Source: Candidatus Hydrothermarchaeum profundi
GTDB lineage: Archaea > Hydrothermarchaeota > Hydrothermarchaeia > Hydrothermarchaeales > Hydrothermarchaeaceae
DNA: 64,000 nt
Reading direction: 5' to 3'
Assembly (NCBI GenBank): GCA_002011125.2
Contig: MTMF02000009.1
Coordinates: 1,384,989-1,448,988, forward strand
Position numbers and translations under genes: made by a program. Each line of letters opens with the position of its first letter. The first letter of the stretch is position 1. Shown here piece after piece: positions 20,951-32,052 of this stretch. Below the pieces are notes generated by a model that saw nothing but the letters and a program-made list of their open reading frames with translations, was not told the origin of the DNA and did no database searches.

Positions 20951-21838
20951 ATGAGATGTAATAAATGTGGAGGTCGACCTGTCTACTTTCAGAGGTATAG
21001 TGGGCAAAAATTCTGTGAAACCCATTTTAAAGACTATTTCGAATACAAATTCAGGAGAACTATAAAAAAATACCGCATGTTAGAGAGAGATGAAAAAATT
21101 GCCGTAGCTCTTTCTGGCGGTAAAGATAGCATAACGGCTCTATATCTCCTAAATAAGATAGGTGAAAGAATGGGAATTTCCTTATATGCGATAGCAGTAG
21201 ACGAAGGTATAAAGGGATATCGTGAAAAAACCTTAAAAAACGCAGAGAAATTTTGTAAAAAATATAATATTCCTCTACATATTTTATCCTTCAGAGAATA
21301 CTTCGGCAAAACGTTGGACGAAATGCAAAGAGAGAGTATGGGATGTTATAATTGTGGGGTTCTAAGAAGGAGATTGTTAAATGATAAGAGCCGTGAATTA
21401 GGAGCCTCTAAACTAGCTACAGGACACAATTTGGACGATGAAGTTCAAACAATTATGATGAACTATATCCGGGGTGATTTAGAAAGGCTTATTAGACTAC
21501 ATAAATCTGTTGATCATGAGAAATTTGTTAAAAGAATAAAGCCACTATCTGAGCTTCCGGAAAAAGAGGTTGCAGTATATGCAACCTTACAGGGATTTAA
21601 TGCACCTTTGGAGGAATGCCCTTATTCTGCAAATTCTTTCCGAGAAGACATAAAGAAAATTATATATTTCCTTGAAAATGAGAATCCTGGGATAAAATAT
21701 TCGATATTAAGAGGCTATCAAAAGCTTCAACCGTATCTAGAAAACTACTCGCTAAGAGAGATAATGAATTGCAAGATATGTGGAAATCCTTCATCTAGTG
21801 AAATGTGCAAAGCATGCCAGCTAGAGATGTATATGTAA
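20951..21838 (+). CDS. ncsA: tRNA 2-thiolation protein NcsA/TtuA
   Basis: N- and C-terminal CxxC fingers, SGGKDS PP-loop, CYNCGVLRR, TGHNLDD, ECPY. Confidence 0.9.
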   Translation: MRCNKCGGRPVYFQRYSGQKFCETHFKDYFEYKFRRTIKKYRMLERDEKIAVALSGGKDSITALYLLNKIGERMGISLYAIAVDEGIKGYREKTLKNAEKFCKKYNIPLHILSFREYFGKTLDEMQRESMGCYNCGVLRRRLLNDKSRELGASKLATGHNLDDEVQTIMMNYIRGDLERLIRLHKSVDHEKFVKRIKPLSELPEKEVAVYATLQGFNAPLEECPYSANSFREDIKKIIYFLENENPGIKYSILRGYQKLQPYLENYSLREIMNCKICGNPSSSEMCKACQLEMYM

Positions 21839-21842
21839 CTTT

Positions 21843-21857
21843 CGAAATCCTTATATA
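21843..21857 (+). promoter_or_regulatory. Putative BRE/TATA promoter of the rpl3 operon
   Basis: CGAAATCC-TTATATA about 95 nt upstream of rpl3. Confidence 0.5.
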
Positions 21858-21950
21858 GGAGTAAACAACTGTTGGATGTAAAAGTCCACCTTGGGCGTTC
21901 ATTTTTCTTAGACATCGTCTAAGACATTTAAGAATCAAGGAGTAAGAAAT

Positions 21951-22946
21951 ATGGGAAAACGTGCACATCACCCAAAAAGAGGGTCACTAGGGTATAGCCC
22001 TAGAAAAAGGGCAGTATCACCTATACCCAGGATCAGATCATGGGTAGATGAAGATAGAGTTAGATTGCAAGGTTTTACAGGTTATAAAGCTGGAACAACG
22101 CATGTAATTATGATAGACGACTTCCCTCATAGCCCAACTTATGGGGAAGAAATTAAGGCAGCTGCCACCGTTGTTGAAACTCCTCCTCTCAGGGTGTGCG
22201 GGATAAGAGCTTATAGCTTGGATACAACTGGACTAAAGGTTATATCAGAGGTTTGGGAACCCAAACCTCTTAAACATTTGACAAAAGTTATTAGACTTCC
22301 TAATAAATTTGAGCATAATGCTAGTGATATTGAGAGCGTTTTAGACTCGGTAGATGAGATAAGACTGATTGTCCACACTCAGCCTTGGAATAGCGGAGCC
22401 TCTAGGAAGAAGCCTGAGATAATGGAGTATAAGGTCAGCGGAAATGTCACAGAGGGATATGCATATGCAAAGGAGCACTTAGGCAAAGATATCACAGTTT
22501 CTGAAGTCTTTGAGGAAGGAGAGTATCTTGATGTCATCAGCATTACAAAAGGAAAGGGATTCCAGAGCCCTGTAAAGAGGTGGGGGGTAAAACATCTACC
22601 GCGGAAGACAAGAAAAGGACATAGGACAGCAGGAACTCTGGGACCGTGGCATCCCTCAGCCATGATGTGGACAGTCCCGCAAAGCGGTAGAATGGGTTAT
22701 CACCAGAGGACTGAGTATAATAAAAGAATATTGAAAGTAGGTACCGGGAAGGATGAAATTACGCCTCTTGGAGGATTCTTAGGTTATGGGGTAGTTTCTA
22801 GTAATTATCTTTTGTTACATGGATCCATACCTGGTCCCAGAAACAGGCTCGTAAGATTGAGACCGGCTATTAGGCCTCCTTCAAGAATGCCTGAAGGACC
22901 ACCACAGATATTATATATAAGTAGGGAATCTAAGCAGGGCGTATAA
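21951..22946 (+). CDS. rpl3: 50S ribosomal protein L3
   Basis: HHPKRGSLGYSPRKRA, GYKAG, TKGKGFQ..VKRWG. Confidence 0.97.
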   Translation: MGKRAHHPKRGSLGYSPRKRAVSPIPRIRSWVDEDRVRLQGFTGYKAGTTHVIMIDDFPHSPTYGEEIKAAATVVETPPLRVCGIRAYSLDTTGLKVISEVWEPKPLKHLTKVIRLPNKFEHNASDIESVLDSVDEIRLIVHTQPWNSGASRKKPEIMEYKVSGNVTEGYAYAKEHLGKDITVSEVFEEGEYLDVISITKGKGFQSPVKRWGVKHLPRKTRKGHRTAGTLGPWHPSAMMWTVPQSGRMGYHQRTEYNKRILKVGTGKDEITPLGGFLGYGVVSSNYLLLHGSIPGPRNRLVRLRPAIRPPSRMPEGPPQILYISRESKQGV

Positions 22947-22948
22947 AA

Positions 22949-23725
22949 ATGAAGGTTAATGTCTATTCTATCGATTCTAAAAAGAAGCGCGAGATTGAAT
23001 TGCCCAGCGTTTTTCTAGAGGATATCAGGACAGATATAATTAAAAGAGCGGTTTTAGCGGTGCAGTCTGAAAGATATCAACCTCAAGGAGTTGATCCATT
23101 AGCCGGAAAAAGGACATCTGCAACCTCGTGGGGTCCGGGGCATGGTGTATCAAGAGTACCGAGAGTTAAAGGAAGTAGACATCATGCTGCCGGGCGGGCA
23201 GCTTTTGTGCCTCAAGCAGTTGGAGGCAGAGTAGCGCATCCTCCCGTTGTAGAGAAGAAAATCGTTAAAAAGATTAACTTAAAGGAGAAGAGGAAGGCCT
23301 TGAGGTCTGCTATAGCAGCGACTAAAGAAAGGGAACTAGTTGAAGCGAGAGGACATAAAATTGAAAAATTGCCTGAAATACCTCTAATCGTTGAGGATAA
23401 AATTCAAAGTCTTAAGACTGCTAAAGAGACGAGAGAAGTATTTATAACACTCGGTGTATGGGAGGACATCCTTAGAGCTAAAGAAAGGAAGATAAGAGCT
23501 GGTAAAGGAAAAATGAGGGGGCGGAAGTATAAGACTAAAAAAAGTGCTCTATTAGTGATATCTGAAGATAAAGGAATAAAGAATGGAGCGAGAAATCATC
23601 CCGGAGTTGATGTGGTTACAGTAAATGAACTTAGTGTAGAGCACCTAGCACCAGGTGCTACTCCCGGGAGGCTTACTATATATACAGAGTCTGCACTGAA
23701 GAAAATCGAGGAGAGGTTCAAATGA
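22949..23725 (+). CDS. rpl4: 50S ribosomal protein L4
   Basis: [30 protein letters not shown]. Confidence 0.97.
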   Translation: MKVNVYSIDSKKKREIELPSVFLEDIRTDIIKRAVLAVQSERYQPQGVDPLAGKRTSATSWGPGHGVSRVPRVKGSRHHAAGRAAFVPQAVGGRVAHPPVVEKKIVKKINLKEKRKALRSAIAATKERELVEARGHKIEKLPEIPLIVEDKIQSLKTAKETREVFITLGVWEDILRAKERKIRAGKGKMRGRKYKTKKSALLVISEDKGIKNGARNHPGVDVVTVNELSVEHLAPGATPGRLTIYTESALKKIEERFK

Positions 23726-23982
23726 AACCCTATGATATATTGATCCACCCGGATGTGACAGAAAAGTCAATGAGCCTTATAGAAAGAGAGAACAAGTTAG
23801 TTTTCGTTGTAGCTAGAAATTCTACAAAAAACCAAATAAAAAGAGCTGTAGAAAGTTTGTATGAGGTTAAAGTGGAAAAAGTAAATACACTAGTAACTCC
23901 AAAAGGTATTAAAAGAGCCTACGTAAAACTAAGACCCGAGTACAAGGCTGAAGAAGTAGCTACAAGGATAGGCGTATTCTAA
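23722..23982 (+). CDS. rpl23: 50S ribosomal protein L23
   Basis: [25 protein letters not shown]. Confidence 0.96.
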   Translation: MKPYDILIHPDVTEKSMSLIERENKLVFVVARNSTKNQIKRAVESLYEVKVEKVNTLVTPKGIKRAYVKLRPEYKAEEVATRIGVF

Positions 23983-23993
23983 GGTGAATAAGA

Positions 23994-24713
23994 ATGGGGA
24001 AAAAAATCATATCGCAAAGACGAGGAAGAGGAACGAGCACGTTTAGAGCACCCTCTCACAGATATAAAGTAAAAGCTTTACACAAGAAATACGATGAAAA
24101 AGAGAAAGAAGGAGTAATTAAAGGAAAAATAGTTGATATTCTTAAGGACCCTGCAAGGACGGCTCCAGTTGCAGAAGTTTTATTAGAGAATAATGAAAAA
24201 ATCAATATATTAGCCGTAGAAGGAATTAAAGTTGGAGACGAGATTTCGTTTGGAGGTGCAGCTGAAATAGTTCAGGGAAATACTCTCCCTCTTGGAAAGA
24301 TTCCTGAAGGAACCCCTGTAAATAATGTGGAAGCTATACCGGGAGACGGAGGAAAATATATTAGATCTTCTGGTGTCTATGGACTCGTTATTGCTCATGA
24401 TGATGGAAGGACAGTAGTTCAAATGCCTTCTGGAGAGTTAAAAACTCTGGATTCCGATTGTAGAGCAACTATAGGGATTGTAGCGGGGGGAGGTAGAAGG
24501 GAAAAACCTATATTAAAAGCAGGAAAGCGGTGGCATATGATAAGATCCAAAGCTAAATATTGGCCTATAGTTAGAAAAGTGGCCATGAACCCTGTAGATC
24601 ACCCTCATGGAGGAGGTTCGAGAAGACCCGGGAAGCCCACTACAGTATCTAGAAATCTACCTCCCGGAGCTAAAGTAGGTCTTATAGCAGCGAAGAGGGC
24701 GGGGAGGAAGTGA
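23994..24713 (+). CDS. rpl2: 50S ribosomal protein L2
   Basis: [25 protein letters not shown]. Confidence 0.97.
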   Translation: MGKKIISQRRGRGTSTFRAPSHRYKVKALHKKYDEKEKEGVIKGKIVDILKDPARTAPVAEVLLENNEKINILAVEGIKVGDEISFGGAAEIVQGNTLPLGKIPEGTPVNNVEAIPGDGGKYIRSSGVYGLVIAHDDGRTVVQMPSGELKTLDSDCRATIGIVAGGGRREKPILKAGKRWHMIRSKAKYWPIVRKVAMNPVDHPHGGGSRRPGKPTTVSRNLPPGAKVGLIAAKRAGRK

Positions 24714-24714
24714 A

Positions 24715-25107
24715 ATGCCTAAAAAATTCTTATACCGAGGATATGAAATAGAAGAACTTCAAAGAATGTCACTGGCCGAGTTATCTAGGATTTTTCCTGC
24801 TAGGCAGAGAAGGTCTTTAAATCGTGGTTTCACTCCAAGACAAAAAAAGTTACTGGAAAAAATAAGAAAGTTCAAAGAAGGTAAAAAGGTAAGACTAAAA
24901 ACTCATTGTAGAGATATGGTGATTTTACCTGAAATGGTTGGATTGACAATTGAGGTTCATAATGGTAAAGAGTTTCAAAGGGTTGAAATAAAGCCCGAGA
25001 TGATAGGTCATTATTTAGGAGAATTTGCATTGACTAGAAAGAAAGTAGTTCATGGGGCCCCAGGTATGGGCGCCACTAAATCTAGCTTGTATGTTCCCCT
25101 CAAGTAA
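24715..25107 (+). CDS. rps19: 30S ribosomal protein S19
   Basis: [24 protein letters not shown]. Confidence 0.97.
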   Translation: MPKKFLYRGYEIEELQRMSLAELSRIFPARQRRSLNRGFTPRQKKLLEKIRKFKEGKKVRLKTHCRDMVILPEMVGLTIEVHNGKEFQRVEIKPEMIGHYLGEFALTRKKVVHGAPGMGATKSSLYVPLK

Positions 25108-25116
25108 GGTGTATGT

Positions 25117-25578
25117 ATGGGCAGACTTGAATATTCTTATAAGCAAGAGGATGAAAGCAGGATTGCTAAGGCAATGGGAGTAGAGCTTAGGATGTCACCG
25201 AAGTGGTCGGTGGAAACATGCTGGGCTATCCGAGGTAAAAAATTAGAGGATGCTATTGAATTTCTCGAAGACGTTATCCAAATGAGAAGGCCTGTACCTA
25301 TAAAAAAATATAAAAAAGGTTTAGCTCATCGTAGGGGACTCTCTAAAGCGTATGCGGGAAGATACCCAGTTAAAGTAGCTGAAAATATACTTAAAGTCCT
25401 AGAAAGCGCTAGATCTAATGCCGAATATAAAGGATTAGACACAGAGAGGCTTTACATAAAGCATATCTCCGCTTTAAGAGGAAGAGTTATAAGAGGTATT
25501 CTTCCAAGAGCTTTTGGTAGAGCGTCGCCTCATAATACGTTGACAACAAATATTGAAGTGGTACTTGAAGAAAGGTGA
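25117..25578 (+). CDS. rpl22: 50S ribosomal protein L22
   Basis: GRYPVK, PRAFGRA. Confidence 0.96.
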   Translation: MGRLEYSYKQEDESRIAKAMGVELRMSPKWSVETCWAIRGKKLEDAIEFLEDVIQMRRPVPIKKYKKGLAHRRGLSKAYAGRYPVKVAENILKVLESARSNAEYKGLDTERLYIKHISALRGRVIRGILPRAFGRASPHNTLTTNIEVVLEER

Positions 25579-25582
25579 TTCA

Positions 25583-26488
25583 GTGGCGATAGAACGGAGT
25601 TTTATTCAAGAGAATATTAGAAAATTCGAAGTAAAGGAATTTCTTAAAGAAGAACTTGAAAAAGCGGGATGCGGCGAAATTGACATCCAAAGGACACCTT
25701 TAGGGACGAGAGTAATTATCTATGCTCAGCGTCCAGGACTTGTTATCGGTAGGAAGGGTGCTTCTATTAGGAAGCTAACTAACATATTGAAAAGGAAATA
25801 TAAAATAGATAACCCTCAGATTGAAGTTAATGAACTGGAGATCCCTGAGCTGAATCCTACGGTTATGGCTAAAAATTTGGCATCTGCCATTGAAAGAGGT
25901 ATACATTTTAGAAGAGCGGCATATACGACTTTGCGTAGGATAATGGATGCTGGAGCAAGGGGCGCTGAAATCGAGATTTCTGGGAAGCTAACCGGCGAGA
26001 GAGCGAAATCTTTAAAATTTGTCGATGGATATATAAAGCACTGCGGTGAACCTGCATTTCTTTATACCCGAGAAGGACAAGCTCAGGCAGCTCCTAAGCC
26101 AGGCATCATTGGAGTTAAAGTAAAGATTATGCCTCCGGGGGTAAAACTTCCCGATGAGATAGAGTTTCTTGGAAAAGAAGAGGAGGAAGTTAAGGTAAAA
26201 TCCGCTAAAGAGGAAATCGAGGAGTTAGTTGAGGAAATAGAGAGCGAGCTTGGAGAGGAGGAAGCTCCTAAAAAGAAAATTAAACTAGAGAAATTTAAGA
26301 GAAAGAAAGTGAAAAAGAAGGAAGTAGAAGAAAAAGAAGTTGAAGAAGGGGAAGATTATAGCAGTATGAGTTGGGAAAAACTAAAAGAAGTGGCAAAAAG
26401 AAGAGGCATACCTGTGGCAGGGAAAGGAGTTACTCGACGGAAAATTGAGGAAGAACTTAAAAAGCTTGAGGAAGAGGAGGCTGATTAA
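25583..26488 (+). CDS. rps3: 30S ribosomal protein S3 with long charged C-terminal extension
   Basis: KH domain RPGLVIGRKG, GARGAEIEISGKL; GTG start after AGGTGA. Confidence 0.96.
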   Translation: MAIERSFIQENIRKFEVKEFLKEELEKAGCGEIDIQRTPLGTRVIIYAQRPGLVIGRKGASIRKLTNILKRKYKIDNPQIEVNELEIPELNPTVMAKNLASAIERGIHFRRAAYTTLRRIMDAGARGAEIEISGKLTGERAKSLKFVDGYIKHCGEPAFLYTREGQAQAAPKPGIIGVKVKIMPPGVKLPDEIEFLGKEEEEVKVKSAKEEIEELVEEIESELGEEEAPKKKIKLEKFKRKKVKKKEVEEKEVEEGEDYSSMSWEKLKEVAKRRGIPVAGKGVTRRKIEEELKKLEEEEAD

Positions 26489-26491
26489 GAA

Positions 26492-26692
26492 TTGGTAATC
26501 TTAAGGACTGACGAGATTATGGATCTCTCACTTTCGGAGATGGAAGAAAAGATTTCGGAATTAAAAAATGAGTTGCTAAAAGAGAGATCGAAAATAGCAT
26601 CAGGCGGGGTACCTGAAAATCCCGGAAAGATAAAAGAAATAAGGAGGACTATAGCAAGGATTCAGACGTTAAAAAGGCATAAGGAGAAATAA
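26492..26692 (+). CDS. rpl29: 50S ribosomal protein L29
   Basis: ENPGKIKEIRRTIARI; TTG start. Confidence 0.95.
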   Translation: MVILRTDEIMDLSLSEMEEKISELKNELLKERSKIASGGVPENPGKIKEIRRTIARIQTLKRHKEK

Positions 26693-26998
26693 ATGGCAGT
26701 TTGTGAGGTTTGTGGGTTACCAAAAGAGCTATGCGTTTGCGAGGCCATTGCCAGAGAAGCCCAAAAAATAAATGTTTATACTACAAGACGGAAATTTGGA
26801 AAATTGATGACAGTGGTTGAAGGAATCAATGAAAAAGACTTTGATTTAAAAGATCTCGTAAAGCAACTTAAGATCGAATGTGCTTGCGGAGGTACCTTCA
26901 AAGACAAAAGAATTGAGTTGCAAGGCGACCACAGAAAGAAAGTGAAAGAAGTCCTAATGAAAATGGGATTTTCTGAGGATCTCATAGAAGTCAGATAA
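26693..26998 (+). CDS. Translation initiation factor aIF1 (SUI1)
   Basis: [23 protein letters not shown]. Confidence 0.95.
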   Translation: MAVCEVCGLPKELCVCEAIAREAQKINVYTTRRKFGKLMTVVEGINEKDFDLKDLVKQLKIECACGGTFKDKRIELQGDHRKKVKEVLMKMGFSEDLIEVR

Positions 26999-27291
26999 TG
27001 ACTTATATCACAAAAGAAAATTTGATAAGACACGAACTAATAGGTCTACGTTGCAGGATAGTTAATGCAACAAATCCCTCGCTGATAGGCATTAAGGGGA
27101 TTGTTATAGACGAGACAAAAAATATGCTTATAATCAAAAATAAAAAAGAGTGGATGATACCTAAGAGCGAGGTGGTCCTCGAGTTTAGGTTAAAGGACGG
27201 AAAAGTTAAAATAAATGGAAGAACCTTAGTAGGAAGACCTGAAGATAGGGTGAAAATGCATGGAAATAGGAATCGATGTAAAACAACCTGA
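26998..27291 (+). CDS. rnp1: RNase P protein Rpp29
   Basis: [24 protein letters not shown]. Confidence 0.93.
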   Translation: MTYITKENLIRHELIGLRCRIVNATNPSLIGIKGIVIDETKNMLIIKNKKEWMIPKSEVVLEFRLKDGKVKINGRTLVGRPEDRVKMHGNRNRCKTT

Positions 27292-27574
27292 TGGAACATG
27301 TGATGATAAAAACTGTCCATTTCATGGTTCCCTAAAAGTAAGAGGACAGATTATAGAAGGCAAGGTTGTTAGTGACAAAATGCATAAGACAGTAGTGGTT
27401 CAGAGAGACTACTATCATTACCTCCCTAAATTTGAGAGATATGAGAAAAGGAGAGCTCGCTATTTAGCCCATAATCCAAGTTGCATTGGGGCTAAAATAG
27501 GTGATTCAGTTAAGATAATGGAATGCCGCCCTATAAGTAAAGCGAAGAGTTTTGTAATAATAGAAAAAAGTTAG
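27260..27574 (+). CDS. rps17: 30S ribosomal protein S17
   Basis: [21 protein letters not shown]. Confidence 0.96.
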   Translation: MEIGIDVKQPDGTCDDKNCPFHGSLKVRGQIIEGKVVSDKMHKTVVVQRDYYHYLPKFERYEKRRARYLAHNPSCIGAKIGDSVKIMECRPISKAKSFVIIEKS

Positions 27575-27582
27575 GTGTCTAA

Positions 27583-27981
27583 ATGAAGGCTTTAAAAGCG
27601 AATGTTGTAAGGGCCCTCCCTGCAGGAGCGCGATTAGAGGTTGTAGATAATTCTGGAGCTAAAGAGATAGAAATCATATCGGTCAGAGGATACAAAGGAG
27701 TGCGAAGGAGACTGCCGAAGGCAGGAGTGGGAGATCTAGTAGTAGTATCTGTAAAAAAAGGGACTCCAGACATGCGAAAACAAAAAGTTCATGCTATTAT
27801 TATAAGGCAGAAAAAGGAATACCAGAGACCTGATGGCATGAGAATCAAGTTTGAGGATAACGCTGCAGTTGTGACAAATGAAAAAGGGGAACCAAAAGGT
27901 TCGGATGTAAAAGGCCCAGTAGCTAAAGAAGCCGCAGAAAGATGGTCAAAGCTTGCCAGCATAGCGAGCATTATAATTTGA
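27583..27981 (+). CDS. rpl14: 50S ribosomal protein L14
   Basis: [24 protein letters not shown]. Confidence 0.97.
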   Translation: MKALKANVVRALPAGARLEVVDNSGAKEIEIISVRGYKGVRRRLPKAGVGDLVVVSVKKGTPDMRKQKVHAIIIRQKKEYQRPDGMRIKFEDNAAVVTNEKGEPKGSDVKGPVAKEAAERWSKLASIASIII

Positions 27982-27990
27982 GGTGTAGAA

Positions 27991-28341
27991 ATGGTATCGA
28001 GTAAGCCTAGTAAACAAAGAAAAGCGCTTTATAAAGCTCCTTTACACAAGAAATATAAATATCTCTCTGCACTTCTATCCGAGGATCTGAGAGAGGAATA
28101 TGGGAAACGCTCTATAAGAGTAAGGAAGGGGGACACTGTGGTGGTAATGAGGGGGGACTTTGCAGGGCATGAAGGAAAAGTTGAAAAAGTTTTATTAAAA
28201 AAAGGAAGAGTCTATGTTGAAGGAGCGACTGTGAAAAGGACCGACGGAACCGACCGTTTTTATCCTTTGCATCCCTCAAATCTTATGATAAAGAAATTGG
28301 ATTTAAAAGATGAAGAGAGAAGAAAGATACTAGAGAGGTAG
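27991..28341 (+). CDS. rpl24: 50S ribosomal protein L24
   Basis: PSKQRK..APLH, RKGDTV.VMRG KOW motif, HPSNL. Confidence 0.96.
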   Translation: MVSSKPSKQRKALYKAPLHKKYKYLSALLSEDLREEYGKRSIRVRKGDTVVVMRGDFAGHEGKVEKVLLKKGRVYVEGATVKRTDGTDRFYPLHPSNLMIKKLDLKDEERRKILER

Positions 28342-28345
28342 TGTG

Positions 28346-29080
28346 ATGGGAAAACATCTTAAAAGGCTAGCTAGTCCCAGAAGTTGGAAGATAAAGCGAA
28401 AAGCAGGAAAGTGGGTTGTAAAGCCTGGGCCAGGCCCTCATAGGAAGGACGAGTCTATCCCTCTTCTATTATTAGTTAGAGATTATTTACATCTTGGAAA
28501 TACCAGTAATGAGGCTAAGAAAATCATAAATCAAGGTAAAATTCTAGTTGATAAGGTTGTGAGGAAAGACTACAAATTCCCAGTCGGCCTCATGGATGTT
28601 ATTGAAATTCCTGAGATAAAGCAAAGGAGGATAGTGTTGCTAGATGAGAAGGGGAGGTTAACACTTAAAAAACTGCTTAAGAAAAATTCTAAGTATAAAC
28701 TATGCAAGATTGTTAATAAGACGGTAGTCAAAGGGGGACATATTCAGCTGAACCTTCATGATGGTAGGAATATTCTCATAAAAGTTAGTGATCCAACAAA
28801 CCCCGTAGAAGATATTTATCGAACAAATGATACGGTGGTTATAAACTTAGATAAAAATACTATCTCGAATCATTTGCACTATAGAGAAGGAAGCATCGCA
28901 TTGATTACTGGTGGAAGTCATAGATCTAAAGTAGCAAAAATAGAGGAAATAAAGAAAACTCGTAGTCCTGAGCCGAATATAGTTAAGCTAAAGGTAGATG
29001 ATACATCGTTCGAAACGATAGAAGATTATGTATTCGTAATAGGTGAAGAGGAACCCTTCATAGCAGAGGTAGCAAAATGA
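28346..29080 (+). CDS. rps4e: 30S ribosomal protein S4e
   Basis: [29 protein letters not shown]. Confidence 0.96.
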   Translation: MGKHLKRLASPRSWKIKRKAGKWVVKPGPGPHRKDESIPLLLLVRDYLHLGNTSNEAKKIINQGKILVDKVVRKDYKFPVGLMDVIEIPEIKQRRIVLLDEKGRLTLKKLLKKNSKYKLCKIVNKTVVKGGHIQLNLHDGRNILIKVSDPTNPVEDIYRTNDTVVINLDKNTISNHLHYREGSIALITGGSHRSKVAKIEEIKKTRSPEPNIVKLKVDDTSFETIEDYVFVIGEEEPFIAEVAK

Positions 29081-29586
29081 ATCCAATGAGAAAAGTGTTA
29101 ATCGATAAAGTTACAGTGAACATGGGCGTAGGGTCCGGAGGAGAAAGACTCGCTAATGCAGAAACTTTGCTTGAAAAGCTAACCGGGCAGAAGCCTAAGA
29201 AAAATTTTGCAAAAAGCACGAACCCAAATTTTGGAATAAGAAAGGGACTACCTATTGCATGTAAGGTAACTCTCAGAAAGGAGAGAGCAGAAGTTTTTTT
29301 AGAAAAAGCTTTTAAAGCAATTGGACATAAGATTAAGGCTTCCAGTTTTGATGAATACGGGAATGTTTCTTTTGGAATTAGAGAGCATATTGATCTACCC
29401 GGGGTAAAATACGATCCGGCGATAGGCATCTATGGTATGGACGTTTGTCTTACTTTAGAGAGGCCAGGATTCAGGATTAAAAGAAGAAAAATAAGATCAG
29501 GTAAAATTTCTAAGTCCCATAGAGTAACAAGGGAGGAAGCGATAGAATTCTTAAAGAATAATTATAACGTAACCGTGGAGGAATGA
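29077..29586 (+). CDS. rpl5: 50S ribosomal protein L5
   Basis: [29 protein letters not shown]. Confidence 0.96.
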   Translation: MNPMRKVLIDKVTVNMGVGSGGERLANAETLLEKLTGQKPKKNFAKSTNPNFGIRKGLPIACKVTLRKERAEVFLEKAFKAIGHKIKASSFDEYGNVSFGIREHIDLPGVKYDPAIGIYGMDVCLTLERPGFRIKRRKIRSGKISKSHRVTREEAIEFLKNNYNVTVEE

Positions 29587-29590
29587 ATCG

Positions 29591-29731
29591 ATGGCAAAAA
29601 TGGGAAAGGGTACTAGAAGTTGTAGAAGATGCGGTTCACACGGCCCTGTCATAAGGAGTTATGGCTTATACATATGTAGGCACTGTTTTAGAGAAGTAGC
29701 AGCTAGTCTAGGTTTTAAAAAGTATGAATAA
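29591..29731 (+). CDS. rps14: 30S ribosomal protein S14 (zinc-binding)
   Basis: Manual translation [46 protein letters not shown]; below the ORF-track cutoff. Confidence 0.96.
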   Translation: MAKMGKGTRSCRRCGSHGPVIRSYGLYICRHCFREVAASLGFKKYE

Positions 29732-29742
29732 AGGTGTAAAAA

Positions 29743-30132
29743 ATGTTGATTGATCCTCTCGCTGATGCATTATCGAATATAAAAAACAATGAGCGTACCG
29801 GGAATTTAGAATGCATAATAAAGCCCTCCTCTAAGCTTATAGGAAAGGTTCTTAACGTAATGCAAGAGCATGGTTATATAACCGAATTTGAGTATATTGA
29901 TGATGGCAGAGCCGGCAAGTTTAAAGTTAAACTTGCAGGTAAAATAAATGATTGCGGCGTTATAAGGCCTAGATATCCGGTTGGAAAAAATGATTTCGAA
30001 AAATTTGAAAAACGTTATCTACCGGCTAGAGGATTTGGGATTTTAATATTAACTACTCCTGAAGGCGTTATGGATCATGAGGAGGCAAAAAATAGGGGCA
30101 TTGGGGGGAGATTACTAGCCTACGTATATTGA
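29743..30132 (+). CDS. rps8: 30S ribosomal protein S8
   Basis: [26 protein letters not shown]. Confidence 0.97.
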   Translation: MLIDPLADALSNIKNNERTGNLECIIKPSSKLIGKVLNVMQEHGYITEFEYIDDGRAGKFKVKLAGKINDCGVIRPRYPVGKNDFEKFEKRYLPARGFGILILTTPEGVMDHEEAKNRGIGGRLLAYVY

Positions 30133-30142
30133 GGTCAGAACA

Positions 30143-30676
30143 ATGCTCGAGAAATCTATTAAAATTCCTGATGGAGTTGGAGTAACACTTGAAGGTAATA
30201 CGGTTAGAGTCCAAGGACCTAAGGGAGTTATTTCTAGAGAGCTTACCTATCCTGGAATAGAAATTTCCCTTGAAAATAATACTATAAAATTAAGGGCGGA
30301 TAAGGAAAGAAGAACACAAAAGGCTCTAGTGGGGACTTTCTCTTCTCATATAAACAACATGATAAAAGGAGTCACACAGGGATTCGAGTATAAGATGAGG
30401 GCAGTATATTCTCATTTCCCGATGAGCATAAAAGTATCGGGGGATGAGATTATAGTTGAAAATTTTCTCGGAGAAAAAACTCCGAGGAAGACAAAGATAG
30501 TTGGTGATACTTCGGTAAAAGTAAAAGGCAAGGAGATAATTATAACTGGGTGTAATATTGAAGATGTTGGACAAACAGCTGCGAACATAGAGCAGCTTAC
30601 AAAAGTTAAAAATAGAGATAGGAGAGTATTCCAGGACGGTATTTATATAGTGGAAAAGAATGGTGTTCCTATATGA
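30143..30676 (+). CDS. rpl6: 50S ribosomal protein L6
   Basis: GPKG, YSHFP, NFLGEK, DRRVFQDGIY. Confidence 0.96.
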   Translation: MLEKSIKIPDGVGVTLEGNTVRVQGPKGVISRELTYPGIEISLENNTIKLRADKERRTQKALVGTFSSHINNMIKGVTQGFEYKMRAVYSHFPMSIKVSGDEIIVENFLGEKTPRKTKIVGDTSVKVKGKEIIITGCNIEDVGQTAANIEQLTKVKNRDRRVFQDGIYIVEKNGVPI

Positions 30677-31029
30677 AATTTTTGAGGACAGAATACTTCA
30701 GATATAAGAAACTCGGCGAAAAGTGGAGAAAACCGAGAGGAATGCATAATAAAGTTAGAAGATACTTTGGGGGTAAGTTACTCTCTCCGTCGATAGGATA
30801 CCGTAGTAATAAGAAGGATAGAGGGCTTCATCCTTCAGGATATGAGGAGGTCTTGGTTGCAACTGAAGCGGAATTAGAAAAATTGGACAAAAATAAACAC
30901 GCGGTCCGATTTTCTGGGAAATTAGGTAGGAGAAAGAAAGAGGCTCTATATAAGAAGGCGGAAGAGTTAGGGTTAAAAGTTCTTAATGCGCCCCGATTTA
31001 TAGAACCTGAGGAGGAGGAAGAAGAGTGA
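30673..31029 (+). CDS. rpl32e: 50S ribosomal protein L32e
   Basis: WRKPRG.HNK.R, GLHPSGYEEVLV. Confidence 0.94.
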   Translation: MKFLRTEYFRYKKLGEKWRKPRGMHNKVRRYFGGKLLSPSIGYRSNKKDRGLHPSGYEEVLVATEAELEKLDKNKHAVRFSGKLGRRKKEALYKKAEELGLKVLNAPRFIEPEEEEEE

Positions 31030-31478
31030 ACCTCTCGACTCAGAGAAGGATGGCAGCATCAATTTTGCAAGTAGGCGAAGACCGTGTGTGGTTTGATCCA
31101 GAAGAACTTGACACGATCTCTTCGTCTGTTACAAATGAGGATATAAGAAAATTGATTAAGGAGGGTATAATTCAGGTCAATCCAATTAAAGGCACAAGTA
31201 GTTATAGAGCACGGATAAGACGTATCCAGAGATCAAAAGGCAGGAGAAGGGGAGCAGGAAAGCGGAAAGGCACTAAATACTCTAGGCTCCCTAAGAAAGA
31301 AAGATGGATGTCGTCCATAAGGGCTCTTAGAAAGAAACTTGTGGAGTTAAGAGATTCTAAAAAAATAGATCCCTCGACATATAGAAAATTATATGCCATG
31401 GCAAAAGGTGGAGTTTTTAGGGACAAGGCGCATCTGGAGAGTTATATCAAAGAAAAAGGTCTATTTAAAGGTGAATAA
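31026..31478 (+). CDS. rpl19e: 50S ribosomal protein L19e
   Basis: QRRMAA..RVWFDP, KGRRRG.GKRKG, YRKLY. Confidence 0.96.
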   Translation: MNLSTQRRMAASILQVGEDRVWFDPEELDTISSSVTNEDIRKLIKEGIIQVNPIKGTSSYRARIRRIQRSKGRRRGAGKRKGTKYSRLPKKERWMSSIRALRKKLVELRDSKKIDPSTYRKLYAMAKGGVFRDKAHLESYIKEKGLFKGE

Positions 31479-31480
31479 TA

Positions 31481-32050
31481 ATGGCCACAGGTCCAAGATA
31501 CAGGGTAGGATATAGAAGAAAGCGAGAAGGAAAAACCAACTATAGAAAGCGAGTTAAATTATTGCAATCAGGGAAACATAGGCTAGTAGTCAGGAAAAGT
31601 TTGAACCATATTATATTACAGTTTATAAAATTCTCTGAAAAAGGGGATATAACGATATCTTCTTGTCATTCAAAGGAGCTGGAGAAATATGGGTGGTTGG
31701 GGGGAACCTCAAATCTTCCTGCTGCGTATTTAACAGGATTACTCTGCGGAAAAAAAGCTAAGGGAAGGGTAAAAGAGGCAGTATTGGACATAGGGTTTGT
31801 ACCCCCTATTAAAGGCTCAAAGATTTTTGCTGCATTAAAAGGGGTGATTGATGCAGGGATAAATATACCCCATAGCGACATCGTATTTCCAGATGAAAAA
31901 AGAATCAGAGGGACTCATATTTCTGAATACGCCAAAGTCCTAGGCGAAAAGCGGAAAGAGAGATTCTCTGAATATTTTGAAAGAGGTCTAGATCCCGTTG
32001 ATTTACCTTCGCATTTCGAGGAAATAGTTGCTAAGATAAAAGGTGAATAA
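31481..32050 (+). CDS. rpl18: 50S ribosomal protein L18
   Basis: [25 protein letters not shown]. Confidence 0.96.
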   Translation: MATGPRYRVGYRRKREGKTNYRKRVKLLQSGKHRLVVRKSLNHIILQFIKFSEKGDITISSCHSKELEKYGWLGGTSNLPAAYLTGLLCGKKAKGRVKEAVLDIGFVPPIKGSKIFAALKGVIDAGINIPHSDIVFPDEKRIRGTHISEYAKVLGEKRKERFSEYFERGLDPVDLPSHFEEIVAKIKGE

Positions 32051-32052
32051 TA

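Noticed and set aside
30673-31029. Short N-termini of L32e and L34e as truncations
   Set aside because: Core motifs are intact, starts are coupled to upstream stops or SDs, and N-terminal length varies among archaea
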